From positions 288,001 through 352,000 of the forward strand of contig CAVVMW010000008.1 of NCBI GenBank assembly GCA_963749495.1: a stretch of 64,000 nucleotides of DNA, written 5' to 3'. The notes below the pieces were generated by a model. The model was not told the DNA's origin, searched no databases, and saw only the letters and a program-made list of their open reading frames with translations. The DNA is from an uncultured bacterium. GTDB taxonomy: Bacteria; Verrucomicrobiota; Verrucomicrobiia; Limisphaerales; UBA8199. The translations under genes were made by a program, and so were the position numbers. Below are positions 8,831-17,552 of the stretch, piece by piece; position 1 is the stretch's first letter, and the number at the start of each line of letters is the position of its first letter.

Positions 8831-10858
8831 TCATCTCGATTTGGGCAGGGGGGCGGGGGCCTTGGCGATGGCGGCGGCCAGGGTGTCGCGCCAGTGGTAG
8901 AGCGCCGCAGGGTCGTGTGTGAACTCGGTCTTGCTCCTGAGCACCTCGGCGGGGACTTCCAGGCAGGCTTTGGCTTGCCCGAGCCAGTCGGCATGGGCGG
9001 CGCGCAAGTCAGGCGAGGCTTCCACTCTGGCAATGGCCGATTCGAGCAGGCGCACATAAGCGTAGTCCTCGAGGCCGTCGCGGAAGTTCTCAAGCCGGAT
9101 GGTGGGCAGGGGCGTCCCGTCCGGCCCCACGCAGGTCCAGGACCCGTCGCCGTGGCAGGTGGTCCAATTGCGCGGGTCCCAGTCGGTAAAGGGGCCGCCG
9201 GTGATCGGCTTTTGCGAGTTCCAGATGCTAATCTGATAATAAAGGAAGCCGTCGGGGCGGTACTTGGCGGTCATGGCGCCCATGAGGAGCCGGCCCTCGA
9301 TGGCCGGGTACTCGATGAACATGTTGGCATGGGGATGATGGGGACCGCAGCAGATGTACCACCACACCTGCTTGCCGACGCCGCGCGCTCGCGCGGCCTT
9401 ATCCGCGTCGAAGCTGGGCGTCAAGGGACAGAAGGCGTCCATCGCCGTGATAACCGACTGCATCCCATAGCTCTGGTCGTAGGTGGTGGTCATCAGGAGC
9501 ACATCCGGGAACTCCGCTTTAAGGATACGACCGGCATTCTGCACCAGGGGGAAGAACTCGGCGGCGGCCTCATCGCAGCCATAGATGTAAGCGTGTTGGA
9601 GCAGGCCCAGTTCTTTGGCCTTCGCGTAGGCTTCACGAAAGCGGGGCAGTTCCTTTGACTTCCAGGCCTCCGCCGCCGCGGCGTTGGTGGCAACATGGTC
9701 GTAGTAACCGAGGTTGAACCTGTCCAACGTGCCCCGGCCCCGCAGGTGGGCGAGGATCTCGTAGTCGGGAATCCCGTGATGGTAGAGGCTGTCGTAGGTG
9801 ATATAGTAGTCGGCCAGAAAATCGGCCCAGCGCAGCTTGTGTTTCTTCCAGGCGTTGACCGGGTAATCGGGCGATCTCCGCCAGGCCTCCTGGTTCTGCT
9901 GGGTATCCGGCAGGGGGCTATCCTCCGGAGAGAACGTGATGGCCAGTGGCAGGGGCGAACGGTCCGGCAGCGTAAAGGGAAAGACGGTCACGGCCAGGTC
10001 GAAGGAGAACACGGCCGCGCCGTCCACCACGATGTCCAGCTTGCCCTGGTAGAGACCCGGGGGCTGCTGTTTGGGGGCGCTCAGACGGACCCAAAAGGAC
10101 TGCAAGTCCCCTTTGGCGACAGGGGCCGCGTCCAGGAATTCGAGGATCGGGTCGGGCCACCACCCCACCCACGAGGAGCCGTACGGGGGCGTTGTCCTGG
10201 TCTGGACATAGCCGACCGGCACGGCGCTGATGTTGGTCGAGAAGAACTCCGCGCCGCTTGCCGAGCGCAGGCTGCCAACGCGCACCCGCACCTCGCGGAG
10301 GGGGCCTTCGCACGCCAGCACCAGCACCTGGAAACTCTCCTTTTCATTGCGCGCGAGGCTTGCTTGAACGCGATTGGTGGCCGTGGCGGAAACCGGCGCG
10401 CCGCGCGGCAGGACTTTCTCCATCGAACTGGCGAACCCGACGACGAGGTCGGCGCGCACCACAGGCCCCGATTGGACTTGGCCGCGGAGCGGTTCGAAGG
10501 CAACGCGAAACCGGGCGAGAGACTCGAGCCGCGCCACTTCGCCCTGCAACGACAACACGGCATGGTCCGTCTCCGACGCGGCGGCCCCGGCGTGGGCGAC
10601 CGTTTCACCCAGGGCGGCGGCGCGCGACTCGAGCTCGTCAAACGTTCGCCCGGCCCAATCCTCGAGCGCCACCGAACCGGCCACCAAGCCGTGGACGCGG
10701 GCCCGCGTGGCCGCCAGGGTAGAGCGCAATGCCGCCACCTTTTCCTTCGACAATTCCTCGCCCGTCGGGGCTGGATAAAGGCGAACGTTGCCTGCCCAGA
10801 CCAGCGGTGCATTGAGCGCCAGGCAGATGACGAAGATCAGTAACGTGAGGAGTTTCAT
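8831..10858 (-). CDS. Secreted DUF4091 / GH123-like glycoside hydrolase domain protein
   Basis: Signal peptide MKLLTLLIFVICLAL; motifs LARNEKESFQV, WPDPIL, YIYGCDE, WWYIC, TIRLENFRDGLEDYAY. Confidence 0.75.
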   Translation of the reverse strand: MKLLTLLIFVICLALNAPLVWAGNVRLYPAPTGEELSKEKVAALRSTLAATRARVHGLVAGSVALEDWAGRTFDELESRAAALGETVAHAGAAASETDHAVLSLQGEVARLESLARFRVAFEPLRGQVQSGPVVRADLVVGFASSMEKVLPRGAPVSATATNRVQASLARNEKESFQVLVLACEGPLREVRVRVGSLRSASGAEFFSTNISAVPVGYVQTRTTPPYGSSWVGWWPDPILEFLDAAPVAKGDLQSFWVRLSAPKQQPPGLYQGKLDIVVDGAAVFSFDLAVTVFPFTLPDRSPLPLAITFSPEDSPLPDTQQNQEAWRRSPDYPVNAWKKHKLRWADFLADYYITYDSLYHHGIPDYEILAHLRGRGTLDRFNLGYYDHVATNAAAAEAWKSKELPRFREAYAKAKELGLLQHAYIYGCDEAAAEFFPLVQNAGRILKAEFPDVLLMTTTYDQSYGMQSVITAMDAFCPLTPSFDADKAARARGVGKQVWWYICCGPHHPHANMFIEYPAIEGRLLMGAMTAKYRPDGFLYYQISIWNSQKPITGGPFTDWDPRNWTTCHGDGSWTCVGPDGTPLPTIRLENFRDGLEDYAYVRLLESAIARVEASPDLRAAHADWLGQAKACLEVPAEVLRSKTEFTHDPAALYHWRDTLAAAIAKAPAPLPKSR

Positions 10859-11039
10859 AGACCAATGGGCAGAGAAAGGCGAGTTCATACGCAAGCCAAG
10901 TCGATCGGTTGTTTTGCAGGTGCATGCTGTTCCAGCGCAGCCGGCCTGTCAATGCTTGGCAAGTTGTCTGGCCGTGGACCTCGGTCCTTGTCATTACCCA
11001 CATCGTCGGCCTCCTTCATTGACCCGAACTTATCGTATC

Positions 11040-11360
11040 CGTTGCCTTCAGGCCAAGGGCCTGGCTCATACCAGCCCAGGGCAAAGCCCTGGGTTTGCGT
11101 GCCGTTTAATTCTGTCGCAGGCCAACGGCCTGCCTCATAGGGATCCGTGGCTGCGGGCGCCGCAAGCCGACATCGCCGGGCTGCTGCAGCAATCCCTGAG
11201 CACAATGAGTCGCGCTTTCAGCGCTCCAGAGGATTATTGGCGGCTGTTCCCAGGGCGTTGCCCTGGGCTGGCATGAATGACGCCGTTGGCGTCCCAATTC
11301 GGCCATGGGTCCGTGGACTGGAAGTCCACGGCTACCATCCAGCACCGCTACGCGGTGACG
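11040..11360. repeat. REP-like palindromic cluster
   Basis: cagcccagggcaaagccctggg / cccagggcgttgccctgggctg; ccgtggactggaagtccacgg, which recurs near 63010. Confidence 0.75.
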
Positions 11361-11399
11361 CAGGCTCCCGGCAAGCCCAGTATTGGTCCTCAGGCTCCT

Positions 11400-11596
11400 T
11401 GACCTTCATCTCAATGGCATCCAGGCAGTCGCGGCGTTGAATGTTCGGAGGCTTCCAAGGACGGGCCGTCAGATGAAACGGCAGTTGAGGCAGGCTCTCC
11501 GGCGAATCTTGGCCTGCAGCGCAAGCGCAGGCGGCTATGCCCAGGAGAAGCAACGCCCCTGCCCTCATTCCGTGCCTCCTGTTAACCGTATTCATG
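11400..11596 (-). pseudogene. 5' fragment of a secreted-protein gene
   Basis: MNTVNRRHGMRAGALLLLGIAACACAA...LPFHLTARPWKPPNI: a signal peptide, then the frame runs into a REP element. Confidence 0.4.
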
Positions 11597-11959
11597 TTTT
11601 GAATGGCCAGGCTTGCGCACGCCGCAACATACTCGGCTGCCCGGGGGGAACAAGCGCGGAATCGCAAGGACGTGGTACCCGAGTTTGCCAGGGAAACAGC
11701 CTGAAAGAATCGCTCGTCAAGTTGACACCACGGCTCGCCATTGGCAAAGTCGCGCCATGCCTGGTGAGACCAAGAACCAATTCCCCCTCACCCGGGCAGC
11801 GCTCAGTACATCCGGACGCGCAAAAAGCACATTCTTATCAGTGCATCAGCTCTGTATCGTCAGCGATATGGGGAGGGTCCGCCCCAGCGAGCCGGGTCCG
11901 TACCTTTGCCTCGGCAGCGGAAGGTGCCTTTGGACATATCAGTTGGTCCAGGTCCGTGA

Positions 11960-12165
11960 TTGTCCCGAAGGGACATCGCGACAATAGCCCGGCGCTTCAG
12001 CGCCGGGAAAAGCGGTTGATCCCCTTCCCGTCCCGAAGGGACGGCTGACTCAGTCCTTCCCTGCAGATCTGAGCCTCAGGCGTCCCTCCGGGACGCAGGC
12101 CCCTTTAGGGCGGCGGACCCGGCGCTAAAGCGCCGGGCTATTCTCGTGCTGTCCCTCCGGGACAC
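11960..12165. repeat. REP-like element of the same family as 7955-8145
   Basis: gtcccgaagggac...aatagcccggcgcttcagcgccggg...ccggcgctaaagcgccgggctatt...gtccctccgggac. Confidence 0.8.
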
Positions 12166-12398
12166 ACCTTGGGCGGGCCGGTCGCTGGATCTTAAGCTAA
12201 TGAATGACTTCGCCCAGCTTTCCCGGCCAAAGCCGGCGAATCAATAACCCACGTTTTCAACTGGACAGGATCGGGAAGGTGCATCATTTACAATGGCAAG
12301 ACTATGCTGGGTCATTCGCTTCAAGACATCGTCCAGACTGCCGGCCTCGATTCGAGCTCGGTCCGGACGGCCTTTGATTGGCTGCCGCCGGCCGTGGT

Positions 12399-13616
12399 AT
12401 GCCGGTCTTGAGCTCGAGAGTTCGGGCGGTCGAGTACGGCGAATTGGCCGGCGTGTTCTTTCTCCAGTCGGTGGCAGCAGGAAGCTGGCTGGTGCCGCTG
12501 ACAAGCGTGCTCGCAGCTCACGGTCTGGCCGCGCTCCGCTCCTATGCGTATGCGACGACCGCCGTGGCGGCGTTCGTCTCTCCGCTCCTGTTCGGCGCGA
12601 TGGCGGACCGGCACGCCTCGCCGGTGCGGGTGCTGCGCTGGCTGGCCACCGGGAGCGCCGTGACCGCGAGCCTGGCCAGTTGGGCGGTCGAGCGGAGATG
12701 GCCGGCTGTGGCAGTGCTTTTGGTCATCCAGGTGCAGGCGCTCTTCTACTCACCGACGGGAAGTATCGCCAGCACCATCGCCTTCTCGCGCTTGCGAAAC
12801 TCCCAACGCGAGTTCGGCCCGGTGCGCGCCGCCGCCACGGTCGGGTGGATGGTCGGTTGCTGGGTAGTGAGCGCTTTGAGCGCGGACAGCTCAACGGCGG
12901 CCGGTTACGTCACGGCGGTCGTCTGGGCCGGCCTGGCCGCGTTCACGTGGTTGCTGCCGAACGTGCCGCCGCCTGCCTCCACCGGGCGCCGTACGCTCCG
13001 TGAGCTGCTGGGGTGGGATGCGCTCGGCCTGTTGAGGAACCCCGACCACCGCGTGGTGTTCATCACCGCCGCACTTTTCAGCATCCCGCTGGCCGCCTTT
13101 TTTCCTTTCACGCCGTCCCACCTGCAAGCTCTCGGGTTTCGGCACACTGCGTTCTGGATGTCCCTGGGGCAGGTGACGGAGGTGATGTCCCTGTTCGCTT
13201 TGGGTGTGTTGCTGGATCGCTGGCGGCTCAAGTGGGTTTTCGCAGCGGGGCTGGCATTCGGTGTGTTGCGTTTCCTGTTCTGCGCGATGAACGGGCCCGG
13301 TTGGCTGCTGGCGGGGGTGCTCCTGCACGGCGCCTCGTTCGCCTTGTTCTTCATTACCGCCCAAATCTACCTCAACGAACGGGTGGAGGAATCCTGGCGC
13401 GCGCGGGCGCAAGGCCTGATGTGGCTCATGAACTACGGCGTCGGGAACCTCGCGGGTTACCTGGGCACCGGGAGTTGGTTCGCCGCCTGCGCGCGAGGCG
13501 GCGGCATCGAATGGTCTCTCTTCTGGGCCGGCTTGGCCCTCACCTGCGGAGTGGTCCTGGCCTATTTCCTAGCCGCCTATCGCGGCAAACGCCGCGGTCC
13601 GCGCGAAACCACTTGA
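12399..13616 (+). CDS. MFS nucleoside:H+ symporter family transporter (NupG/XapB-like)
   Basis: About 12 hydrophobic segments; FGAMADR, FGPVRAAATVGW, MSLGQVTEV, RARAQGL. Start position uncertain. Confidence 0.85.
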   Translation: MPVLSSRVRAVEYGELAGVFFLQSVAAGSWLVPLTSVLAAHGLAALRSYAYATTAVAAFVSPLLFGAMADRHASPVRVLRWLATGSAVTASLASWAVERRWPAVAVLLVIQVQALFYSPTGSIASTIAFSRLRNSQREFGPVRAAATVGWMVGCWVVSALSADSSTAAGYVTAVVWAGLAAFTWLLPNVPPPASTGRRTLRELLGWDALGLLRNPDHRVVFITAALFSIPLAAFFPFTPSHLQALGFRHTAFWMSLGQVTEVMSLFALGVLLDRWRLKWVFAAGLAFGVLRFLFCAMNGPGWLLAGVLLHGASFALFFITAQIYLNERVEESWRARAQGLMWLMNYGVGNLAGYLGTGSWFAACARGGGIEWSLFWAGLALTCGVVLAYFLAAYRGKRRGPRETT

Positions 13617-13820
13617 CGCCCGCCTCGCCGGCCAGGCGCGCCACGTTCTCCATTTCGGCATCTCCAAGGCGGCCCACATAAACGCCCATGCCGAACGGTG
13701 AGTCGGGCCGGAGCGTGAAATCGGACTCGACTTTCAGCGGCGCCAGCCAATAGGCCTGCACCGGGGCAACCTTTTGGCCCGGGGCCTCGAATGCGAATTC
13801 GGCTTCGGCAAAGCGGCAGC
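13590..13820 (-). pseudogene. Fragment of a glycoside-hydrolase-like gene
   Basis: PDSPFGMGVYVGR...ARLAGEAGVKW is typical of the start of a clan GH-A barrel. It runs into the end of the MFS gene. Confidence 0.4.
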
Positions 13821-13859
13821 CCGTCGGGAGCGGCAATGATGAACCGCGTGCCGGGGTGG

Positions 13860-14010
13860 AGTTGAGGGCCGAAGGCCCGCGAGGTGAGAGCCTGGGCTGG
13901 AGCGAAGCGGAGGCCCAGGTAACCGAGCGCCCCTCGGAAACAGGGCCAGCCTGTAGGGCCGAGACCTACCCGCACCGAAGCCTGCGCCAGGTCGCGCCCT
14001 TTCAGGGCAC
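13860..14010. repeat. REP-like element
   Basis: agggccgaaggcccg...agcctgggctggagcgaagcggaggcccagg...cgccctttcagggc. Confidence 0.6.
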
Positions 14011-14028
14011 GGACGTTTTCGCGCCGCC

Positions 14029-14442
14029 TTACCTGAGTTTGTTGACCGGTTGGTCGGGGTGGGCCGGGTTCGGGACGACCGTGCGCCGGCCGCAGTCCAC
14101 TAGCAGGTCCATCCGTTCCAGCACGGTCTGGCCGACCAGCACCTCGTCACCCAGGACGAAAGCGTCTTCCTCGGCGTCCCGTGCCAGGATTTCGAAAATA
14201 ACACCGCTGACGACCGGGACCTCCTCCTTGCGCCCGTCCCCGTATTCAACGACTTGCTGGCGCCGGGCCTTCAGGCCCAGGCGGCGCACCACGCTGGGCG
14301 GCAGCACGCACCGCACTGCGCCGGTATCTACGGTGCCCTGGACCGTGACCATCCTCACCCGGTCGGGCTTGAGCTTGCCTTCTTCGGCCTTCTCCCAATC
14401 GAACAGGTTCGTCAGCTTCACTTCGACTCGCGCTTCACCCAT
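14029..14442 (-). CDS. Clan AA (retropepsin-like) aspartic protease, AF_0612 type
   Basis: MGEARVEVKLTN...VDTGA...VLVGQTVLERMDLLVD. Alternative starts at 14472 and 14481. Confidence 0.85.
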   Translation of the reverse strand: MGEARVEVKLTNLFDWEKAEEGKLKPDRVRMVTVQGTVDTGAVRCVLPPSVVRRLGLKARRQQVVEYGDGRKEEVPVVSGVIFEILARDAEEDAFVLGDEVLVGQTVLERMDLLVDCGRRTVVPNPAHPDQPVNKLR

Positions 14443-14861
14443 AAATTCATTTACCTTCGGTTTGGCTTTCATATCACTCATAGCGTCCGCCGCAAAGAGG
14501 AAAATGTCTAACTCTGGCCGCAAGAACGCGCAAAGATCGCAATAAGACGGTGCTTCTTTTCGGCCTGCGTCTTCAGCGGGGCCCCGAAGGGCGCTCTTTG
14601 CCCAGTGCGCCAATGCTCGACAATGGCCGCTAACATCAGGGCGACCGCCTCGCCCGCCGTCCTTCACCGTGTCCCTCACGCCCTTCCAAAGCTTGCGGCC
14701 GGGGATAGTGTCGTGGTGATAGACCCAGAGATGTTTCTCGATCTCCAGCCTGAGGATCGTGCTCTCGTTGGCGATGACGAACCCGAAGTTCCCGTGGTCC
14801 AGTGCGAACCGCCAGGTCCAATCGGTCGAGTCAACCGTGGCCTCTTTGCGCGCCCTGCACA

Positions 14862-14962
14862 CGCCTTCAAGCGCCTGCACAGGGCCGAGGCGTCCACGGG
14901 CGAGGCGCGAGCGCCGTTGGCGAGAGTCCGCTCCGCCCGCCGGCGCTCCGCACGGCAGCCCA
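14862..14962. repeat. ~100-bp direct repeat, copy 1 (copy 2 at 15765-15865)
   Basis: Shared core gtccacgggcgaggcgcgagcgccgttggcgagagtccgctccgc. Confidence 0.9.
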
Positions 14963-15335
14963 CCGACACCGGCTGAGCCACGACAGACTCGGCCCTCATA
15001 GTCCCCAGTTTCCAGGCGTCCACGCTGCCGGCAGAGGCCGTCTCGCGCCGTCTCGGAAGGACTTTTGCGATTTTTGGCCACTCCGCAGGCTCGCCGAGGG
15101 GACACGATCGTCGCCACAATCGCCGCCAGCGCATAAGCCAATTGCTCTCGTGCCGGGTCCTGGGCCAAGGCCTGACCAACGCCCGCCAGAATGAGGACAA
15201 GGAATTCGAAGCCCCGCCATCGGTGGGCCAAGCGGATCTGCTGCGCGCACCTGCACATGGCCGGAGTGTTCTGCAACCAAGGCGCCACCGTCAACCATCA
15301 ACTCGCCTCCCAAATCCCCGGCTAAGAATTCTTAT

Positions 15336-15410
15336 GAAACCGCGGAATACGCGGAATACGCGGAAAAACAACAGGCCTTCGGCGTATTCCGCGTGTTCCG
15401 CGGTTCTCCA
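15336..15410. repeat. Hairpin built from 9-mer repeats (gcggaatac)n / (gtattccgc)n
   Basis: Read directly from the sequence. Confidence 0.75.
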
Positions 15411-15584
15411 TCTTCGCTCGATTGGCACGACATTTGCCGTGGCTTGGCACTCCTGATCTTATTCTCACTGAACGGTCGTTAGGCGAGGATTTGGGTGCTT
15501 CCGGCAGGTTCGAATTCGGAGCGGCATTGCACCAGCGCCGGGGCGCATCGTGACTGTACCACCATGCCCGAACGCCTAAGGGTT

Positions 15585-15745
15585 GGAGCGCGGACTTCAG
15601 TCTGCTTATGGCGTCCGACGGCCGGGCTGGCGCGGGTCTTTTCCGAGGCCGATCCTCTTTCCGCTTCCTTGAACTTTGCACACGTCAACCAGATCAAGCG
15701 CGTGGTGGTCTTTGGGCGCTCTAAGCGGACTAAAGTCCGCGCTCC
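15585..15745. repeat. REP-like inverted pair
   Basis: ggagcgcggacttcagtctgctta ... taagcggactaaagtccgcgctcc. Confidence 0.8.
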
Positions 15746-15764
15746 CGGTGGTAGTGCCTGGTCC

Positions 15765-15865
15765 CGCCTTCAAGTGTCTGCACAGCGCCGAGGTGTCCAC
15801 GGGCGAGGCGCGAGCGCCGTTGGCGAGAGTCCGCTCCGCGCGCCGGCGCTCCGCACCGCAGCCCA
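15765..15865. repeat. ~100-bp direct repeat, copy 2
   Basis: Matches 14862-14962. Confidence 0.9.
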
Positions 15866-16501
15866 GCCGCAACGGCCGCTATCAGACAGCCCGGACCACG
15901 CTATGGCCTGACCCCGGCTCCGCCTCAGGGCTTATTCACCTGAGCTCCATCGCCGTGATCCCGACAAGGTGGACGGCGGGCGCAATCAGGGTACGCCGGG
16001 CGGAGCGCAAGAGGGCTTTACGTGGCCCCGACCTACGGCACGGACATTATCGCCTTCTTCGGCTACATCGTGGTCGATAAAGGCCGCGAAGCGTCAAGAT
16101 CTGCCGGCCAGACCTGGCCCAGCGGGCACCTTCGCCAACGAGCCGATGCAGGGTTGCCAGGCAGATGGACCAACCCCGACGAGTCGCCGCCCGGCTCCTG
16201 CTCAAGCCGCGCCGCAAGTACCAAGATGCTGTGGACGCGTTCGAGCCTTTTCGAAGCGCAGTCTTCGAGAGCGCCGAGATTCCTTTTTGAAGTCGCGCTC
16301 ATCAGGGGCCATCCACAGCGGTAGCAACAATTCGGTCGCTTTCTGTGGCTCAAAATCGCGGCTTTGTTCGCTGGCATCATCGCCGCTGGCATTGTCGCCG
16401 GCAGTTTTATCTGTCCGTTTTCTCATGCGCCCACACTGAAGGACAGGAGGCCAGCCCGCACCTATATGGGACAAACGCGAAAAGGATTTGTCGGGCGAAT
16501 G

Positions 16502-17140
16502 CTACGGAGATTTTGGAGAAGGGCCGGACAGGTGCTTGGCAATAAGCCCGAGGTTGCGGTAGCGATATTTTTCAACTTGCTCCGGCGTGAATGAAGTTTT
16601 GAGAATAACGCTGAGTTTTCTGGCAACTTCCGCGTCGGATAGATAGCACCACCCAAGCTCGTAATTGAAGGCAATCATATAAATCGCCAAGTCGGTGATC
16701 TTCCTTTTTCCACCCCGAGCGAACTTTTTCGCTGCTTTGGTCAATGCCTCAGCGAGTTTCAAGTCGCCACGGATGGTATCGGCCTTGGGGTCGTAACCCT
16801 GTTCCACTAAATCCAAGAGGTAGGCATCTTGACACTCCTGGTTGGGAATGTTGGCTTTGGGGTTGGCCTTTTGTCTTTCAAAGACCTCGAAACTGTGCGG
16901 CCACTGGCGTTTCAGCGCCGCCCATTTTGCTGCCGGCAAATCGTCCTTCAACTCGAAGGGCGTGAGCGGTTTGCAGCGTGGCGGCGGCGGTGGGGTACTG
17001 GTCTTTGTGCTTATGTCATAATGCCTCTGCCTTTCGCGCTCGTATTCTAGCAGCCATTGTTTGGCGGTGCGGGTGGCTTCCCCCTCATCTGGGGCATCAT
17101 GACGGCGCAGCACGGTGACTTCCCCAGTGGCCTTATTCAA
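16502..17140 (-). CDS. Hypothetical protein with a possible C-terminal helix-turn-helix
   Basis: 212-aa ORF overlapping the upstream gene; LSDAEVARKLS...FTPEQVEKYRYRNLGL. Confidence 0.55.
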   Translation of the reverse strand: MNKATGEVTVLRRHDAPDEGEATRTAKQWLLEYERERQRHYDISTKTSTPPPPPRCKPLTPFELKDDLPAAKWAALKRQWPHSFEVFERQKANPKANIPNQECQDAYLLDLVEQGYDPKADTIRGDLKLAEALTKAAKKFARGGKRKITDLAIYMIAFNYELGWCYLSDAEVARKLSVILKTSFTPEQVEKYRYRNLGLIAKHLSGPSPKSP

Positions 17141-17552
17141 TTTCCCGCTCCCATGCCCACCATTGCTTTCGACCGTTCTTCCCCAAGCGGCTGCAAACTG
17201 AATTTTCAGTGATCACGCAGCGAAAACTCTTGATTTTACCGACATGGCCAAAGCCTGCGGCTTGAACGACAACTATGGGTTCCTTTTCTCGTTCGGAAAG
17301 CAACTCCATGCTTTCTCTCGCTTCCGCTTCGGTCTGGCAAAGAACACCCTGCCCGCACTGATGCAATACCAGTTCGGGCGTCAGCTTCACCGGCAGGACG
17401 AGGAATAAAAAATCATGCCCGATTTGTCGGATGGGTTCAGATAAGGCGACCCACATATAACGCGGAGAAGCGTCCTGGAGAAGCTCCTGCCTGGCTGAGT
17501 CCGGCAAATTGCTTGGGACAATTTTAAACTGCCCTTGGAATAAAGTTTTCAT
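17133..17552 (-). CDS. Hypothetical protein, translationally coupled to hsdR
   Basis: ATGA overlap with the hsdR stop; visibly more AT-rich than its neighbours. Confidence 0.55.
   Translation of the reverse strand: MKTLFQGQFKIVPSNLPDSARQELLQDASPRYMWVALSEPIRQIGHDFLFLVLPVKLTPELVLHQCGQGVLCQTEAEARESMELLSEREKEPIVVVQAAGFGHVGKIKSFRCVITENSVCSRLGKNGRKQWWAWEREIE

Noticed and set aside
1342..9009. Repeat pair 1342-1494 / 8857-9009 as a diversity-generating retroelement TR/VR
   Set aside because: The mismatches are not confined to adenines on either strand, and no reverse transcriptase is present.
14029..15294. 421-aa ORF as one protein
   Set aside because: Only the last ~137 aa form a recognisable protease. 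The upstream part runs through repeats and gene debris.
15480..15560. tRNA suggested by a GGTTCGAAT motif
   Set aside because: No cloverleaf pairing around the motif.
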